A DNA stretch of 64,000 bases from positions 8,434,001-8,498,000 of the forward strand of contig CM075988.1 in NCBI GenBank assembly GCA_038087875.1, read 5' to 3'. A program made the translations under genes and the position numbers. The notes below the pieces were generated by a model. The model ran no database searches. It was not told the DNA's origin and saw only the letters and a program-made list of their open reading frames with translations. Below are positions 12,115 through 24,232 of the stretch, in pieces. Each line of letters begins with the position of its first letter. The first letter of the stretch is position 1. The DNA is from Malacoraja senta (taxonomy: Eukaryota).

Positions 12115-12412
12115 AGCCCCTGTCCCACTTTCCCGAGTTACTCACGAATTCTCCCGAGTTTTCCCCTTGATTCAAACTCGGAGACGCCAGCCGTAGGTAC
12201 TCGGGGCTATTTTTTTTACTCGTGGACATTTTTCAACAAGCTGAAAAAAACGTCCCGACTTACCTGATGCCCCGAGTACCTACGGCTGGCATAACAAGCC
12301 GCTACGAAATATCTACGGACGCCTACGGCCTCCTACGGACATTTTCCGAGTTTGAATCAAGGGGAAAACTCGGGGGAATTCGTGAGTAACTCGGGAAAGT
12401 GGGACAGGGGCT
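12115..12412. mobile_element. PIF/Harbinger-type MITE inside a PLE inverted pair
   Basis: ~65-bp TIR AGCCCCTGTCCCACTTTCCCGAGTTACTCACGAATT...; 3-bp flanks TCA/TTA. Confidence 0.85.
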
Positions 12413-12983
12413 TTAGTCTGAAGAAGGGTCTTGACCCGAAACATCACCCATTACTTCTCTCCAGAGATGCTGCCTGTCCTGCTGAGTTACTCCAGCATTT
12501 TGTGTCTCTTTTTGGTGGACTGAAGGGCCCGTTTCAATGCTGTATCGCAAAAACTAAAACTATAATCAGAAAGCTTCTAGTCAACTTTCCTCAGATAATT
12601 TATTTGATCATACTCGGATGAAGTCCCCTGGTACCCTTTACCACAGTGCTATATAAATGTAAGTTGTTGCTTCTTGGTGCATCGAGCAGCCTGGCTTCAG
12701 AGTGGCCTCAGGAGACATCGGCCTGGGTGCGGTGCTGACCTTTCTCTTGGCAGCCATTCCACTTTCAAGTTCTTTTGACACAGATGATCTTTAGCTTCTG
12801 TGCTGCACGTGCAGTACATCTGATACTGCACTCGCTCCACCGTTGAAAATGTTTGAACTTGCCATAAGAGCCAACAAAATTTGATAGTGATCCCAGGATA
12901 ATAAACAGGGAGCCTTTCCTCATATTACATTCAGAATTTGCACTGTTGAATTAACCCTTTCCGTTGCTTTAGTTTAGTTTGGA

Positions 12984-13294
12984 GGGGCGGCATGGTGGCG
13001 CAGCGGTAGAGTTGCTGCCTCACAGCGCCAGAGACCCGGGTTCAAACTTGACTACGGGTGCTTTCTGTACACAGTTTGTACGTTCTCCCCGTGACCTGCG
13101 TGGGTTTTCTGCGGGTGCTCCGGTTTCCTCCCACACTCCAAAAACATACAGGTTTGTTGGCTAATCGGCTTGGTATCAATGTAAGTTGTCCCTAGTGTGT
13201 GCAGAATAGTGTTAATGTGCAGGGATCGCTGGTCGCCGTGGACTTGGCGGGCCGAAGGGTCTGTTTCCACGCTGTATCTCTAAACTAAACTAAA
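12984..13294 (+). mobile_element. HE1/V-SINE-type SINE nested in an oppositely oriented SINE (12968-12983 + 13296-13572)
   Basis: Full-length consensus match; the host SINE tail is split around it. Confidence 0.85.
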
Positions 13295-13927
13295 AATACA
13301 GCAAGGAGACAGACCCTTCCACCCATCAAGTCCATGCCGACCATCGATCATCCGTTCACACTAATACTATACTATCCCACTTTCATGTCCACTCTCTGCA
13401 CACTAGGGGCAATTTACATAGGCCAATTAACCTACAATCCCGCACGTCTTTGGGATGAGGGAGGAAACCAAAGCACCAGGAGAAAACCCACGCGGTCACA
13501 AGGAGGACGTGTAAACGCCACAAGGCAGCACCTGAGGTCAGGATCGAACCCGGGTCTCTGGCGCTGTGAGGCACTGTGTTGTCATTCCTTGTGTCATCAG
13601 CAAACTGATAGCATCAGATAATGTTTAAGGCTTATCAATAAATTATTTGATGAAGCAATAAACCTGCAGGCAAAAAAAAGGCAGATCATCAAACTTGCAT
13701 TTATGTTTGGTGAAAGGTTACCTGTTTTTGTTTCCTCACATGCTGACTGTTTCCAGCAGTTCGAGTCTCAGTTGCATTTATTTCCATTGCAATTGCTCTA
13801 AGCTTTGAACATGAGGCACCTTCATCATTGTTTTCCTGGAAGGAGGTGATGAACGAATGTTCTGTGGATCTGGGCAACATTGCTTTGCTAATGTGTGCCC
13901 AACTTTATGTTTTACTCCAAAACTCAC

Positions 13928-14255
13928 TTTAGACTTTAGACTTTAGACTTTGGGGGAACAGGCCTATGAGCCCAGTGAGTCCGCGCCGACTTGCATACTT
14001 GCAAGTTGCATACACTTCATACACTGGCACTATCTTACACACAAGGGCAAATTCTGTAATTGCAAATTACAGAAGCCAATTAACCTACAAACTTGCACGT
14101 CCTTGGAATGTGGGAGGAAACCAGTGCACCTGGAGGAAACCCACGTGGCCATTGGGAGAATGTACAAACTTTGTGCAGAGAGCACCCGTAGTCAGGATCG
14201 AACCAGGGCTTCAGGCGCTGTAAGGCAGCAACTCTACCGCTGCACCACTGTGCCC
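13928..14255 (-). mobile_element. HE1/V-SINE-type SINE
   Basis: Family consensus; (TTTAGAC)n tail on the plus strand. Confidence 0.85.
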
Positions 14256-16453
14256 ACTGCACTTAGTAAACCGTATGTACATTGTGTACTTCAGAAGATG
14301 TGATTGCTGTGCTTGGCATGTCACCCCTGTTTGGGCACCACAAGCGTCGAGCGGTTTTGAACATCTTCACTCAGAGTGGCTTCACACTGAGGGAATGGGG
14401 CCTGAACCAGACAGTGCTAGCTCACTGGACAGGGCCAGTTATTGGCACTGTGACGCAGCTGCCTCACAGCTCCAGCCATCCAGTTTCAATCCTTACCTCG
14501 CATGCTGCCTGCCTGGAGTTTGCATGTCCTCCCTGCGACTGCCTGGGTTCTCCCCAAATGCTCTGGTTCGTCCCACCCCTGAAGACGTGCAGAAACAAGG
14601 AACTGCAGGTGCTCTTTTGCCAAGGAAAGACACAAAATGCTGAAGAGCCATGCATTCTGCAAAAGTGAGACCCCCCTTCATCCAGTGAGAAACAGAGCTA
14701 AAGCCCCTCCAAGAACTCAACAATGACTGGGTGGGGACAAATGAAAGGAGGTGCAAGTATTCGCTGGCAGACATGGTAGGCGGGGATGTCCCTGAGGCAG
14801 AGACCCTGCACAATGCTACACCTGAGCTTTAATCTGACGCCAGCCACCACAGAGCATCAGGAACCTCCTCAATCTCTTTAGCCTCCATGCTCACCATGAG
14901 AACAGCCCCATTACAGGTCTTTGGAGTGTGGGCGTAAACTGGAGCACCCAGAGAAAACCCACACGGTCACGGGGAGAACGTATAAACTCCGTGCAGACAG
15001 CAGCTGCATAGTCAGGATGGAATCCGGGTCTCTGGCGCTGTAAGGCAGCAACTCTACCACTGCACCACCGGTTAATTGTGTTGCTGCAGGGTGAACATAT
15101 CCAAGAAGATTATTTGTCTGAAACATTGAGGAAATGTTCCTCTGTGCAACTGAAAAAGAATAATAATCCAGGTCTGGTGTTGATCCCTATGGCTGGTCCT
15201 GCTCCATTGTTCCGATTGAGTTCCTGCCTGGTGCCACAGCTCCACCTGCTGGCTTATTTTGGAATAATTACACGTCAGAGTTGTGACAATTCATAGAGTC
15301 ATAGAGAGACATACAACAAAGGCCTTTCGGCCCAACTTGGCCATGCTAATCATGTATTATAAATGAGCTGGTCCTATTTGCCTGCATTTCACCCATATCC
15401 CTCTGAACCATTCCTGTCCATGTACCTGTCCAAATGTGTTTTAAACATTACCTTGGTGCCTGCCTTTTCAGCTTCGTCTGCAATTGACCACTCTCGCCTG
15501 TTTTAAAGACATGTAACTCGTGCCAATATATCGAGAACGCCATTAAAATTTGAGCATGCCCAATGAAAGGGTCCTTCTGAAGCAAGGAGTGGAACAACAT
15601 CATTGGTCAACCAATGAGGAAAATGGCTGACTGAGTAAGTGTGAGTTGTGACAGGAGGCTGCAATTCTATTCCTGAAGACGCATGATTCAATCAACTCAT
15701 CTAGCGTAATCCCAGGAAGAAGTTATTTCCATGCAAAGTAGTACTGCAGCAAAATGCCATGCAATTAAATTAAAAAGCCAGATTGATCGATTGATTGATA
15801 CAGCTTGGTAAAAGGCCCTTGGCCCACCAAGTCAATGCCAACCAATCACCAGTGCACCAGTCTAAAGATGGGTCTCGCTCCAAAATGTCACCTGTTCCTT
15901 TTATCCAGTGATGCTGCTTGGAGAACTCCAGGGTTACGCCAGCATTTTGTGTCCAACGTTGTGTTCACGTTCGTTCTGCAATATCCCATTTTGACATCCA
16001 CTCCATACACACCAGGGGGCAATTTACAGATGCCAATTAACTTGCAATCCCGCACATCTTTGGGATGTGTGAGGAAACTGGAGCAGCGGAGGGAACCTAC
16101 GTGATCACAGGGGGGACGTGCAAGCTCTACACAAGGTGAGGATGTGACCCGGGTGTCTGGTGCTATGAGGCAGCAGCTCTCTTACCACACTCCTTAAACT
16201 TAACAATTTACATTCAGCTCACTCCTGTAAACTCTATTTGATCAACAATTCAATTCTTGCTTGCAGCGTGCCTGGCCACACTCCTGCAGGTGAGTGCTGG
16301 ATCACCTTGTGGACCAATCTTCAATTCTCAAAACCAGATTCGGAAATCCAGGAATACTGTTGATCTGAAATACTGGGAAGAAAAAAAGTATTTTGGAAAA
16401 CTGCAAAGATGTTGGGATAGAGTAGGCTTGGCACAGAGGTGAACGTCCTGTGT

Positions 16454-16728
16454 AGGGTGGTCAAGGTGGCGCAGCGGTAGAGTTGCTGCCTTACAGCGAA
16501 TGCAGCGCTGGCGATCCGGGTTCGATCCCAACTCTGGGTGCTGTCTTGTTTGTACGTTCTCCCGTTTTCTCCGAGAACATCGGTTTCCTCCCACACTCCG
16601 AAGACGTACAGGTTTGTAGGTTAATTGGCTTGGTAAATGTAAAAATCGCTGGTCGGCGTGGACCCGGTGGGCCGAAGGGCCTGTTTCCACTCTGTATCAC
16701 TAAACTAAACTAAAAACTAAAACTAAAC
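16454..16728 (+). mobile_element. HE1/V-SINE-type SINE
   Basis: Family consensus; followed by a PLE inverted unit at ~16726-16905. Confidence 0.85.
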
Positions 16729-16961
16729 TGCAGATGCTGATTTACACCGAAGATAGACACAAAATGCTGGAGTAACTCAGCGGGACAGGCAGCATATCTG
16801 GAGAAAAGGAATAGGTGACATTTTGGGTTAGACTGTCTGAAGAAGGGTCTCAACCCAAAACATCACTGACCCACTGAGTTACTCCAGCATTGTGTGTCGA
16901 CCTTCGAGATAAACTTCCTACTTTGTTTGGACAAAGATCCTGTGCAGTCACTGCAGTGCCT

Positions 16962-16980
16962 TACTGCCACCTGCTGGCGT
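16962..16980 (-). promoter_or_regulatory. Candidate CTCF motif
   Basis: Minus strand ACGCCAGCAGGTGGCAGTA matches CCASYAGRKGGCRS in non-repetitive sequence; motif match only. Confidence 0.45.
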
Positions 16981-17509
16981 ATTGCTGAATGACAACCAGC
17001 CACAGGTATGATGAATTAATTCCACCACACACTCGCAACTTACCACTGTGTTATAAACACAGGGCTCTGTCCAATAAATTAATGATTAAGCACAGGGACA
17101 GGCAGTGTTCCCAATGGATTTTCCTGCGTCGTTTTTATCTGCTTTTGCTTTTCATCCCCGTTGATCAAATCTTGTTGAGGCCACTGTGTCCCTCGAGTCC
17201 TTTTTCTATTCAATTAGATCTCAGCTGACCTGAGCGATTTTTGCCAGCCTTGAAATGAGAACATGCACTCACAGACCCCAACAATATAAAGCCACACTCT
17301 CCATGACCCCCTGTAAATAACGATACACTCTCAGGAACCACTTGCAAATATTTGTCCACCCACCTGCCAAACAAAACTCCCACTCACTTGAATCCAACTA
17401 TCACTTCAAGATGTTAAAGAAGGAACTGCAGATGCTGGAAAATCGAAGGTACACAAAAATGCTGGAGAAACTCAGCGGGTGCAGCAGCATCTATGGAGCG
17501 AAGGAAATA

Positions 17510-17543
17510 GGTAACGTTTCGGGCCGAAACCCTTCTTCAGACT
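17510..17543 (-). ncRNA. Predicted minimal hammerhead ribozyme motif (PLE pLTR)
   Basis: Minus strand AGT-CTGAAGA-A-GGGTTTCGGCCC-GAAACGTT-AC. Confidence 0.6.
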
Positions 17544-18284
17544 GATAGGGGGTGGGGAGAAGAAAGGAAAAAAGGAAAAAGGCGGAGGAGGAGCCGAGGG
17601 CTGGGGGAGGGGAGGAGACAACCAGATGGCTGATGAAGGGGAGGGGACAGCAAGGGCTAGCAGAATTGGGAGAATTCAATGTTCAAGCCCCCAGGATGTA
17701 GACTGCCCAAGCGGAATATGAGGTGCATTTCCTCCAATTTACGGTGTTGCTCGCTGTGGCCATGGAGGAGACCCAGGACAGAGAGGTCAGATACGGAATG
17801 GGAGGGGGAGTTGAAGTGCTGAGCCACCGGGAGTTCAGGTTGGTTATTGCGGACCGACCGGAGGTGTTCGGCGAAACGATCGCCAAGCCTCCGCTTGGTC
17901 TCACCCGCTTGGTCTCCGCTCGGTGAGACCAAGCGGAGGCTTGGCGATCGTTTCGCCAAACACCTCCGGTCGGTCCGCAATAGCCAACCTGAACTCCCGG
18001 TGGCTCAGCACTTCAACTCCCCCTCCCATTCCGTATCTGACCTCTCTGTCCTGGGTCTCCTCCATGGCCACAGCGAGCAACACCGTAAATTGGAGGAAAT
18101 GCACCTCATATTCCGCTTGGGCAGTCTACATCCTGGGGGCATGAACATTGAATTCTCCCAATTCTGCTAGCCCTTGCTATCCCCTCCCCTTCATCAGCCA
18201 TCTGGTTGTCTCCTCCCCTTCCCCAGCCCTCGGGCTCCTCCTCCGCCTTTTTCCTTTTTTCCTTTCTTCTCCCCACCCCCTATC

Positions 18285-18319
18285 AATCTGAAGAAGGGTT
18301 TTCGGCCCGAAACGTTACC
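18285..18319 (+). ncRNA. Predicted minimal hammerhead ribozyme motif (PLE pLTR)
   Basis: CTGAAGA (18288-18294)-A-GGGTTTTCGGCCC-GAAACGTT (18309-18316); palindromic ACGT as helix III. Confidence 0.6.
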
Positions 18320-18518
18320 TATTTCCTTCGCTCCATAGATGCTGCTGCACCCGCTGAGTTTCTCCAGCATTTTTGTGTACCTATCACTTCAAGATTCAAG
18401 ATTCAAGAGAGTTTATTGTCATGTGTCCCAGATAGGACAATGACCTTCAGCACAACAGAATATTGTAGGCATAAATAAATACAGAACAGATCAGTGTGTC
18501 CATACACCATTGAATATA

Positions 18519-20132
18519 CAGTGGCTTGCAAAAGTTTTCATACCACTTGAACTTTTCCACATTTTGTCACGTTACAACCACAAACGTAAATGTATTTTAT
18601 TGGGATTTTATGTGATAGACCAATACAAAGTGGTGCATAATTGTGAAGTGGAAGGAAAATGATACATGATTTTCAAATTTTTTTACAAATAAAAACTGAA
18701 AAGTGTCGCGTGCAAAAGTATTCAGCCCCCTGAGTCAATACTTTGTAGAACCACCTTTCGCTGCAATTACAGCTGCAAGTCTTTTGGGGTATGTCTCTAC
18801 CAGCTTTGCATATCTTGAGACTGAAATTTTTGCCCATTCTTCTTTGCAAAATAGCTCAAGCTCAGTCAGATTGGATGGAGAGCGTCTGTGAACAGCAATT
18901 TTCAAGTCTTGCCAGAGATTCTCAATTGGATTTAGGTCTGGACTTTGACTGGGCCATTCTAACACATGAATATGCTTTGATCTAAACCATTCCATTGTAG
19001 CTCTAGCTGTATGTTTAGGGTTGTTGTCCTGCTGGAAGGTGAACCTCCGCCCCAGTCTCAAGTCTTTTGCAGACTCTAACAGATTTTCTTCCAAGATTGC
19101 CCTGTATTTGGCTCCATCCATCTTCCCATCAACTCTGACCAGCTTCCCTGTCCCTGCTGAAGAAAAGCATCCCCACAGCATGATGCTGCCACCACCATGT
19201 TTCACAGTGGGGATGGTGTGTTCAGGGTGATGTGCAGTGTTAGGTTCCGCCACACATAGCGTTTTGCATTTAGGCCGAAAACGTCAATTTTGGTCTCATC
19301 TGAACAGAGCACCGGTCTCCACATGTTTGCTGTGTGCCCCACATGGCTTGTGGCAAACTGCAAACGGGACTTCTCATGGCTTTTTTTCAACAATGGCTTT
19401 CTTCTTGCCACTCTTCCATAAAGGCCCGATTTGTGGAGTGCACAATTAATAGTTGTCCTGTGGACAGATTCTCCCACCTGAGCTGTGGATCTCTGCAGCT
19501 CCTCCAGAGTTACCATGGGCCTCTTGGCTGCTTCTCTGATCAATGCTCTCCTTGCCCGGCCTGTCAGTTTAGGTGGACGGCCATGTCTTGGTAGGTTTGC
19601 AGTTGTGCCATACTCTTTCCATTTTCGGATGATGGATTGAACAGTGCTCCGTGAGATGTTCAAAGCTTGGGATATTTTTTTATAACCTAACCCTGCTTTA
19701 AACTTCTCCACAACTTTATCCCTGACCTGTCTGATGTGTTCCTTGGGCTTCCATGATGCTGTTTGTTCACTAATATTCTCTAACAAACCTCTGAGGCCTT
19801 CACAGAACAGCTGTATTTATACTGAGATTAGATTACACACAAGTGGACTCTATTTACTAATTAGGTGACTTCTGAAGGCAATTGGTTGCACTGGATTTTA
19901 TTTAGGGGTATCAGAGTAAAGGGGGCTGAATACTTTTGCACGCGACACTTTTCAGTTTTTATTTGTAAAAAAATTTGAAAACCATGTATCATTTTCCTTC
20001 CACTTCACAATTATGCGCCACTTTGTGTTGGTCTATCACATAAAATCCCAATAAAATACATTTACGTTTGTGGTTGTAACGTGACAAAATGTGGAAAAGT
20101 TCAAGGGATATGAATACTTTTGCAAGCCACTG
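18519..20132 (-). mobile_element. Full-length Tc1 DNA transposon (IR/DR type)
   Basis: ~212-bp TIRs (18519-18730, 19921-20132) beginning CAGTGGCTTGCAAAAGT with an inner repeat TGCAAAAGTATTCAGCCCC; TA TSDs; 1614 bp. Confidence 0.96.
18735..19754 (-). pseudogene. Tc1 transposase (DD34E), frameshifted
   Basis: HTH region KPKEH..VRDKVVEKFK, GRPPK, ARRKPLL; catalytic SDETK, QQDN(34 aa)E in SPDLNPIENLW; frameshifts just after the ATG (19752-19754) and near 19250. Confidence 0.93.
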
Positions 20133-20957
20133 TATATATACACACATAAATAAGCATTTGGTATAGAAACAAATAACTGCAGATGCTGGTTTTATACCAA
20201 AGATAGACACAACGTGCTGGAGTAACTCAGCGGGTCATGCTGCCTGACCCGCTGAGTTACTCCAGCACTTTGGTTCCATCTATCACTTGCCAGGCTTTGT
20301 CCTGCTCCTACCTCTATTCCAACTGTATCTGCCTGACTACAATCAGTCTGGAGAAGTGTCCCGACCCGGAACGTCGCCTATCCATGCCCTCCCGAGATGC
20401 TGCCTGATTGGCTCAGTTACTCCAGCATTTTAGTTCAATCCAAATAGTTATACACAATCAGGAACTCCTCAGAAATCCTGACATGCCCTCAGGAAATCCC
20501 TGCAAATAAATACGGATGCATCCTCGGTGACTCTGTGCGAATGTGACATACTTTCCAAAGCAGAACCTCTCCAAAGGTTAAAGATAGACACATATTGATA
20601 GAGTAACTCAACGGGTCCGGCCGCATCTCTGGAGAGAAACGTTTCTGGTGACGTTTCGGGTCGGGACCGTTATTCCCAAACTTCCCAGTACTCTCAGTGG
20701 ACCCCTGAAGTTATAGAGCCAGGTTGCGGTTAAAAAGAATGGAATGCCTCGGAAGGATAGCAAAACCAGGCAAACTCCCAGCAAACTCCCAATAAGAAGG
20801 GTCTCAATCCAAAACGTCACCTATTCTGTTTCTCCAAAGATGCTGGCTGTCCCGTTGAGTTACTCTAGCATTTTGTGTCTATCTTTGAAACTACCGATAG
20901 ATACTTCTACACACCACCAAGGAGTTTCAGCCAACAATGACACATAATCCCAGAAGA

Positions 20958-21267
20958 GCAATGGTGGTGCAATGGTAGTCGCTGTCTTCCAGCGCCAGAT
21001 ACCCGGGTTTGATCCTCACTATGGATGCTGTCTGTATGGTGCTTGTACGTTCTCCCCGTGACCTGCGTAGATTTTCTCTGGGATCTCCTGTTTCTTCCCA
21101 CACTCCAAAGACGTACAGGTTTGTAGGTTAATTGGCTTGGAGTAATTGTAAATCCTTCTTTTGTGTGTGTAGGATAGTGTTAGTGCACGGGGATCGCTGG
21201 TCGCCGCAGACTCGGTGGGATGAAGGGCCTGTTTCCACATTGTATCTCTAAACTAAACTAAACTAAA
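20958..21267 (+). mobile_element. HE1/V-SINE-type SINE
   Basis: Family consensus; (TAAAC)n tail. Confidence 0.85.
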
Positions 21268-21570
21268 AGAGCCCTCTGAACATGAAAGTGTTGTCAGCAA
21301 ACAATTAACAATTGCCAAAACCAATCGCAGGCACTCCCAGTCACAGAAAGCAGAGGGAGTCCCATGAAAACAGACTTACTACTATGGATCTACTGACAAC
21401 ACTTGCTCGGATTAAACTCCATCTGCCATTTCTCTGCCCATTTCTGCAGCTCAATTTCTGGCTTCTAATAGACTTCCTCTGTCTGCAATTTCTCCAACTT
21501 TGGTGTCATCAGCAAACTTACCAACCCATCTACATTTACATCCATGTTATTTAAATATATTCTCAAGTCT

Positions 21571-22170
21571 TTCAATGGTTCAATGGTGTTTTTATTGTCA
21601 CATGTACGAAGTGCTAACACAGTGACATTTGTTTTCATACAAACAGCCCAGTAGATATTGCCATGCCCCTGATGCTAGCTTTACAAGTGTACAGCAATAC
21701 ACTGAGCCCACAAGCAACAGTGGGCTTTTGTCACCATATCTACCCTCCAGTTCTTATGAGCGGTGCCTGCTCTGGGCAAGTCCAGACTGTTGCGGGCCAC
21801 CAGCCATCTCCTCCCTTTGACTGCCACATCCCTCTCGTGGCCCATCCACCTTTGTTGTGCCTACCGCAGCCGACCTCGAGAACATGGTAAACCAGACCCC
21901 GGCTACCTCTCCTCTCCTACCGGCCTTGCTCCTCACCTGTCGCGTCCGTCATCTCTGGCTCCATCCTCCTGGTCTCTGGTCTTCCTGGATGAACAGGGGC
22001 CAGCACGGAGGCTTCACCCTCCCAGGCCGGTGTACCGCCGGGTCCAATGAGCAGGGGATGGGCTTGGCAGCTTCCTCCAGCATCCCGCCGGGTCTTCCAT
22101 TCGGCATCGTGGGACCGGCTCGGCGGGCTCCCCCTGAAGCCACATAAGGGCCGCGGTCTCCATGGCATTA
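21571..22170 (-). mobile_element. GC-rich unclassified retroposon with Rex1/L2-like 3' tail
   Basis: Minus-strand end CATGTGACAATAAAAACA(CCATTGAA)n; GC-rich body with no recognisable ORF. Confidence 0.5.
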
Positions 22171-22768
22171 TTGCCCTGGGGGGAAGTTTTTACTGTCTAC
22201 CCTATCTATGCCTCTCATAATGTTGATGCATTCTCATGCGCCAACTAAAAATATTGGAGCGCTCTGGAAAAGTGGCAAACATGTTGCATTCCCAGCAAAC
22301 ACCCTGTAAAATGAACATGCACAGCAAGGAACTCACAACCAACTATGGCACACGGTTCCTGGCATAATGTTGCAGTCATTGTGATGTGACTACTGGCACG
22401 CTCCCAGATATTTCCAGTGGAATTGGTCACACTTAGGCAATCACCTGAAAATAAACACAAACTGCCAAGGATCTCTGCCAACAGTGACATACGTCCCAGC
22501 AATGTTTGACACGCAGCCAAGGAAATATCCACATCATCCCAGTGGCAACTTTGCAAATATTGACCCACTCCCAGAGCCCAACAAACATCGCACATAACCT
22601 GAGGGATTTGTGCAATGTTGATATATTCCCAGAGAACTCTGCAACTTTAACACAAACCTAGCAGATGCCTCAAATATTGATGCACTCCTGGATAACACTT
22701 CCAATATCAACACAGTCAAACTCTTATTTGCCTAAAATTCAAGGGAACCCTTGATACATTGACATGAA

Positions 22769-23304
22769 GGCTTCCCGACGGGCCGCACGGCCAGAAGGCT
22801 TGCTGACAGGCCGCAGCTGTGGACTGGGAACGCGGCCAGAGGCCCTTATCGAGGCGCCGCGTTCTCGATGCCTCCCGGATCGGCGCGTAGAAGCCCGGGT
22901 CGTGGCCCGGCCAGGGCCTCGCGGGTAGAAGCCCGGGTCGGGCGAAGCGGCTGACAGAGCCCACGGCTGGGGCCCGGCTCAGCACCACGGAGGCGAAGTG
23001 GGGCGTCGACAGCAGTGATGCCTCAGCGGCGGCAGCGGTGAAGCCTTGCAGCGGCGACGATGTCGACGAGAGCATGGAGGACCACAGTGAGGGGGCGAGG
23101 GGAAGAACAATGGAGGACCCGGCATGGTGGGACTGCCGTGAGGGGAGTAGGGGGGAGGGGGGGGGGACACAAAATAGGGAGCCGGCGTGCTTTGTAACTT
23201 TGTCAGAGCCGTAGGTGGCTGCTATTTGTATAGATTGTGTACGCAAGCAAAGAATCTCACTGTGCCTTGTCACATGTGACAATAAAAGATTCCGATTCAA
23301 ATTC
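22769..23304 (+). mobile_element. GC/CpG-rich unclassified retroposon with Rex1/L2-like 3' tail
   Basis: CpG-rich body ending AAGAATCTCACTGTGCCTTGTCACATGTGACAATAAA(GATTC)n. Confidence 0.55.
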
Positions 23305-23948
23305 CTATCAGGGCATAGAAGACTATCCCAACGTGAGTAAATGGGGCTAGTACAGTGGAGTGCAATGTCCAGCATGGACATGATGGGCCAAAGAGCCTGT
23401 TGACTTGATTACTCCATAAAACTAGCAACACTGATGCACTCCAAGGGCTCCCTTTAACTTTTCAGGAACTGTGCAAATATGTTCACACTCCTTATCAAAA
23501 GTGCAAACACTGACACACTAATGGGGAAACACAGCAATAATGCCACTGCCAACAAATAATAGAACCAGCCGGCAGGTTTACTGCAAGTATTTACATGTGT
23601 GCTTCAGGAACTGCTAAACATCAACACAGTTCCAGGCAACCCTACAGATATTGAACAAGCCCCAGGGTGCCCAGGCATGATGTCACACATAGAAGGCAGG
23701 TTCCAAATCGTGGCAGATTCCTTGGAAACTCCACCACTGTTGACACTCTGCCACGGGAACTCAAATGAATATTTTCATACACGTAAGAAAACTGCAAAAA
23801 GGACCACAAGCTCACGGAACACCAGACATACGCTTGTGTGCTGTGTAAAATATTCACACTGGTTGGACAAGCTTAAAATATTAATACCAATTGCAGGGCA
23901 TATGACACATGCCAGCAGATATTTGCAAATTTTAAAGAAATATATTTT

Positions 23949-24232
23949 TTAGATACGGCACGGAAACACGCCCTTCGGCCCACCGGGTCCGCGCCGACCA
24001 GTGATCCCTGCTATCGTGGTTCAACACTATCCTACACACACTAGGGACAATTTACATTTATGCCAAGTCAATTAACCTACAAACCTGCACGTCTTTGGAG
24101 TGTGGGAGGAAACCAAAATCTCGGCGAAAACCCACGCAGTCCATGGGGAGAACGTACAAACTCCGTACAGACAGCACCCGTAGTCGGGTCTCCGGTGCTG
24201 CACTCACTGTAAGGCAGCAACTCTACCGCTGC
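23949..24232 (-). mobile_element. HE1/V-SINE-type SINE
   Basis: Family consensus. Confidence 0.85.

Larger units (their letters stand above)
17413..18380. mobile_element. Penelope-like element: palindromic (inverted) duplication of GIY-YIG 3' end + pLTR
   Basis: Near-identical inverted arms 17447-17905 and 17922-18382; each encodes GETKRRLGDRFA(E/K)HLRSVR...PVAQHFNSPSH...HLIFRLGSLHPGG; 15-bp TSD CTATCACTTCAAGAT (17398-17412 / 18381-18395). Confidence 0.92.

Noticed and set aside
12984..13060. tRNA genes in SINE heads (here and in other copies)
   Set aside because: A/B-box-like motifs continue directly into SINE body and tail; no complete cloverleaf with acceptor stem.
17657..18170. GIY-YIG ORFs as a domesticated host gene
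   Set aside because: Only the C-terminal part of the domain is present, and the apparent N-terminus comes from the opposite palindrome arm.
22716..23381. 221-aa minus-strand ORF
   Set aside because: Low-complexity P/S/A-rich product of a GC-rich repeat with few stops; no domain recognised.
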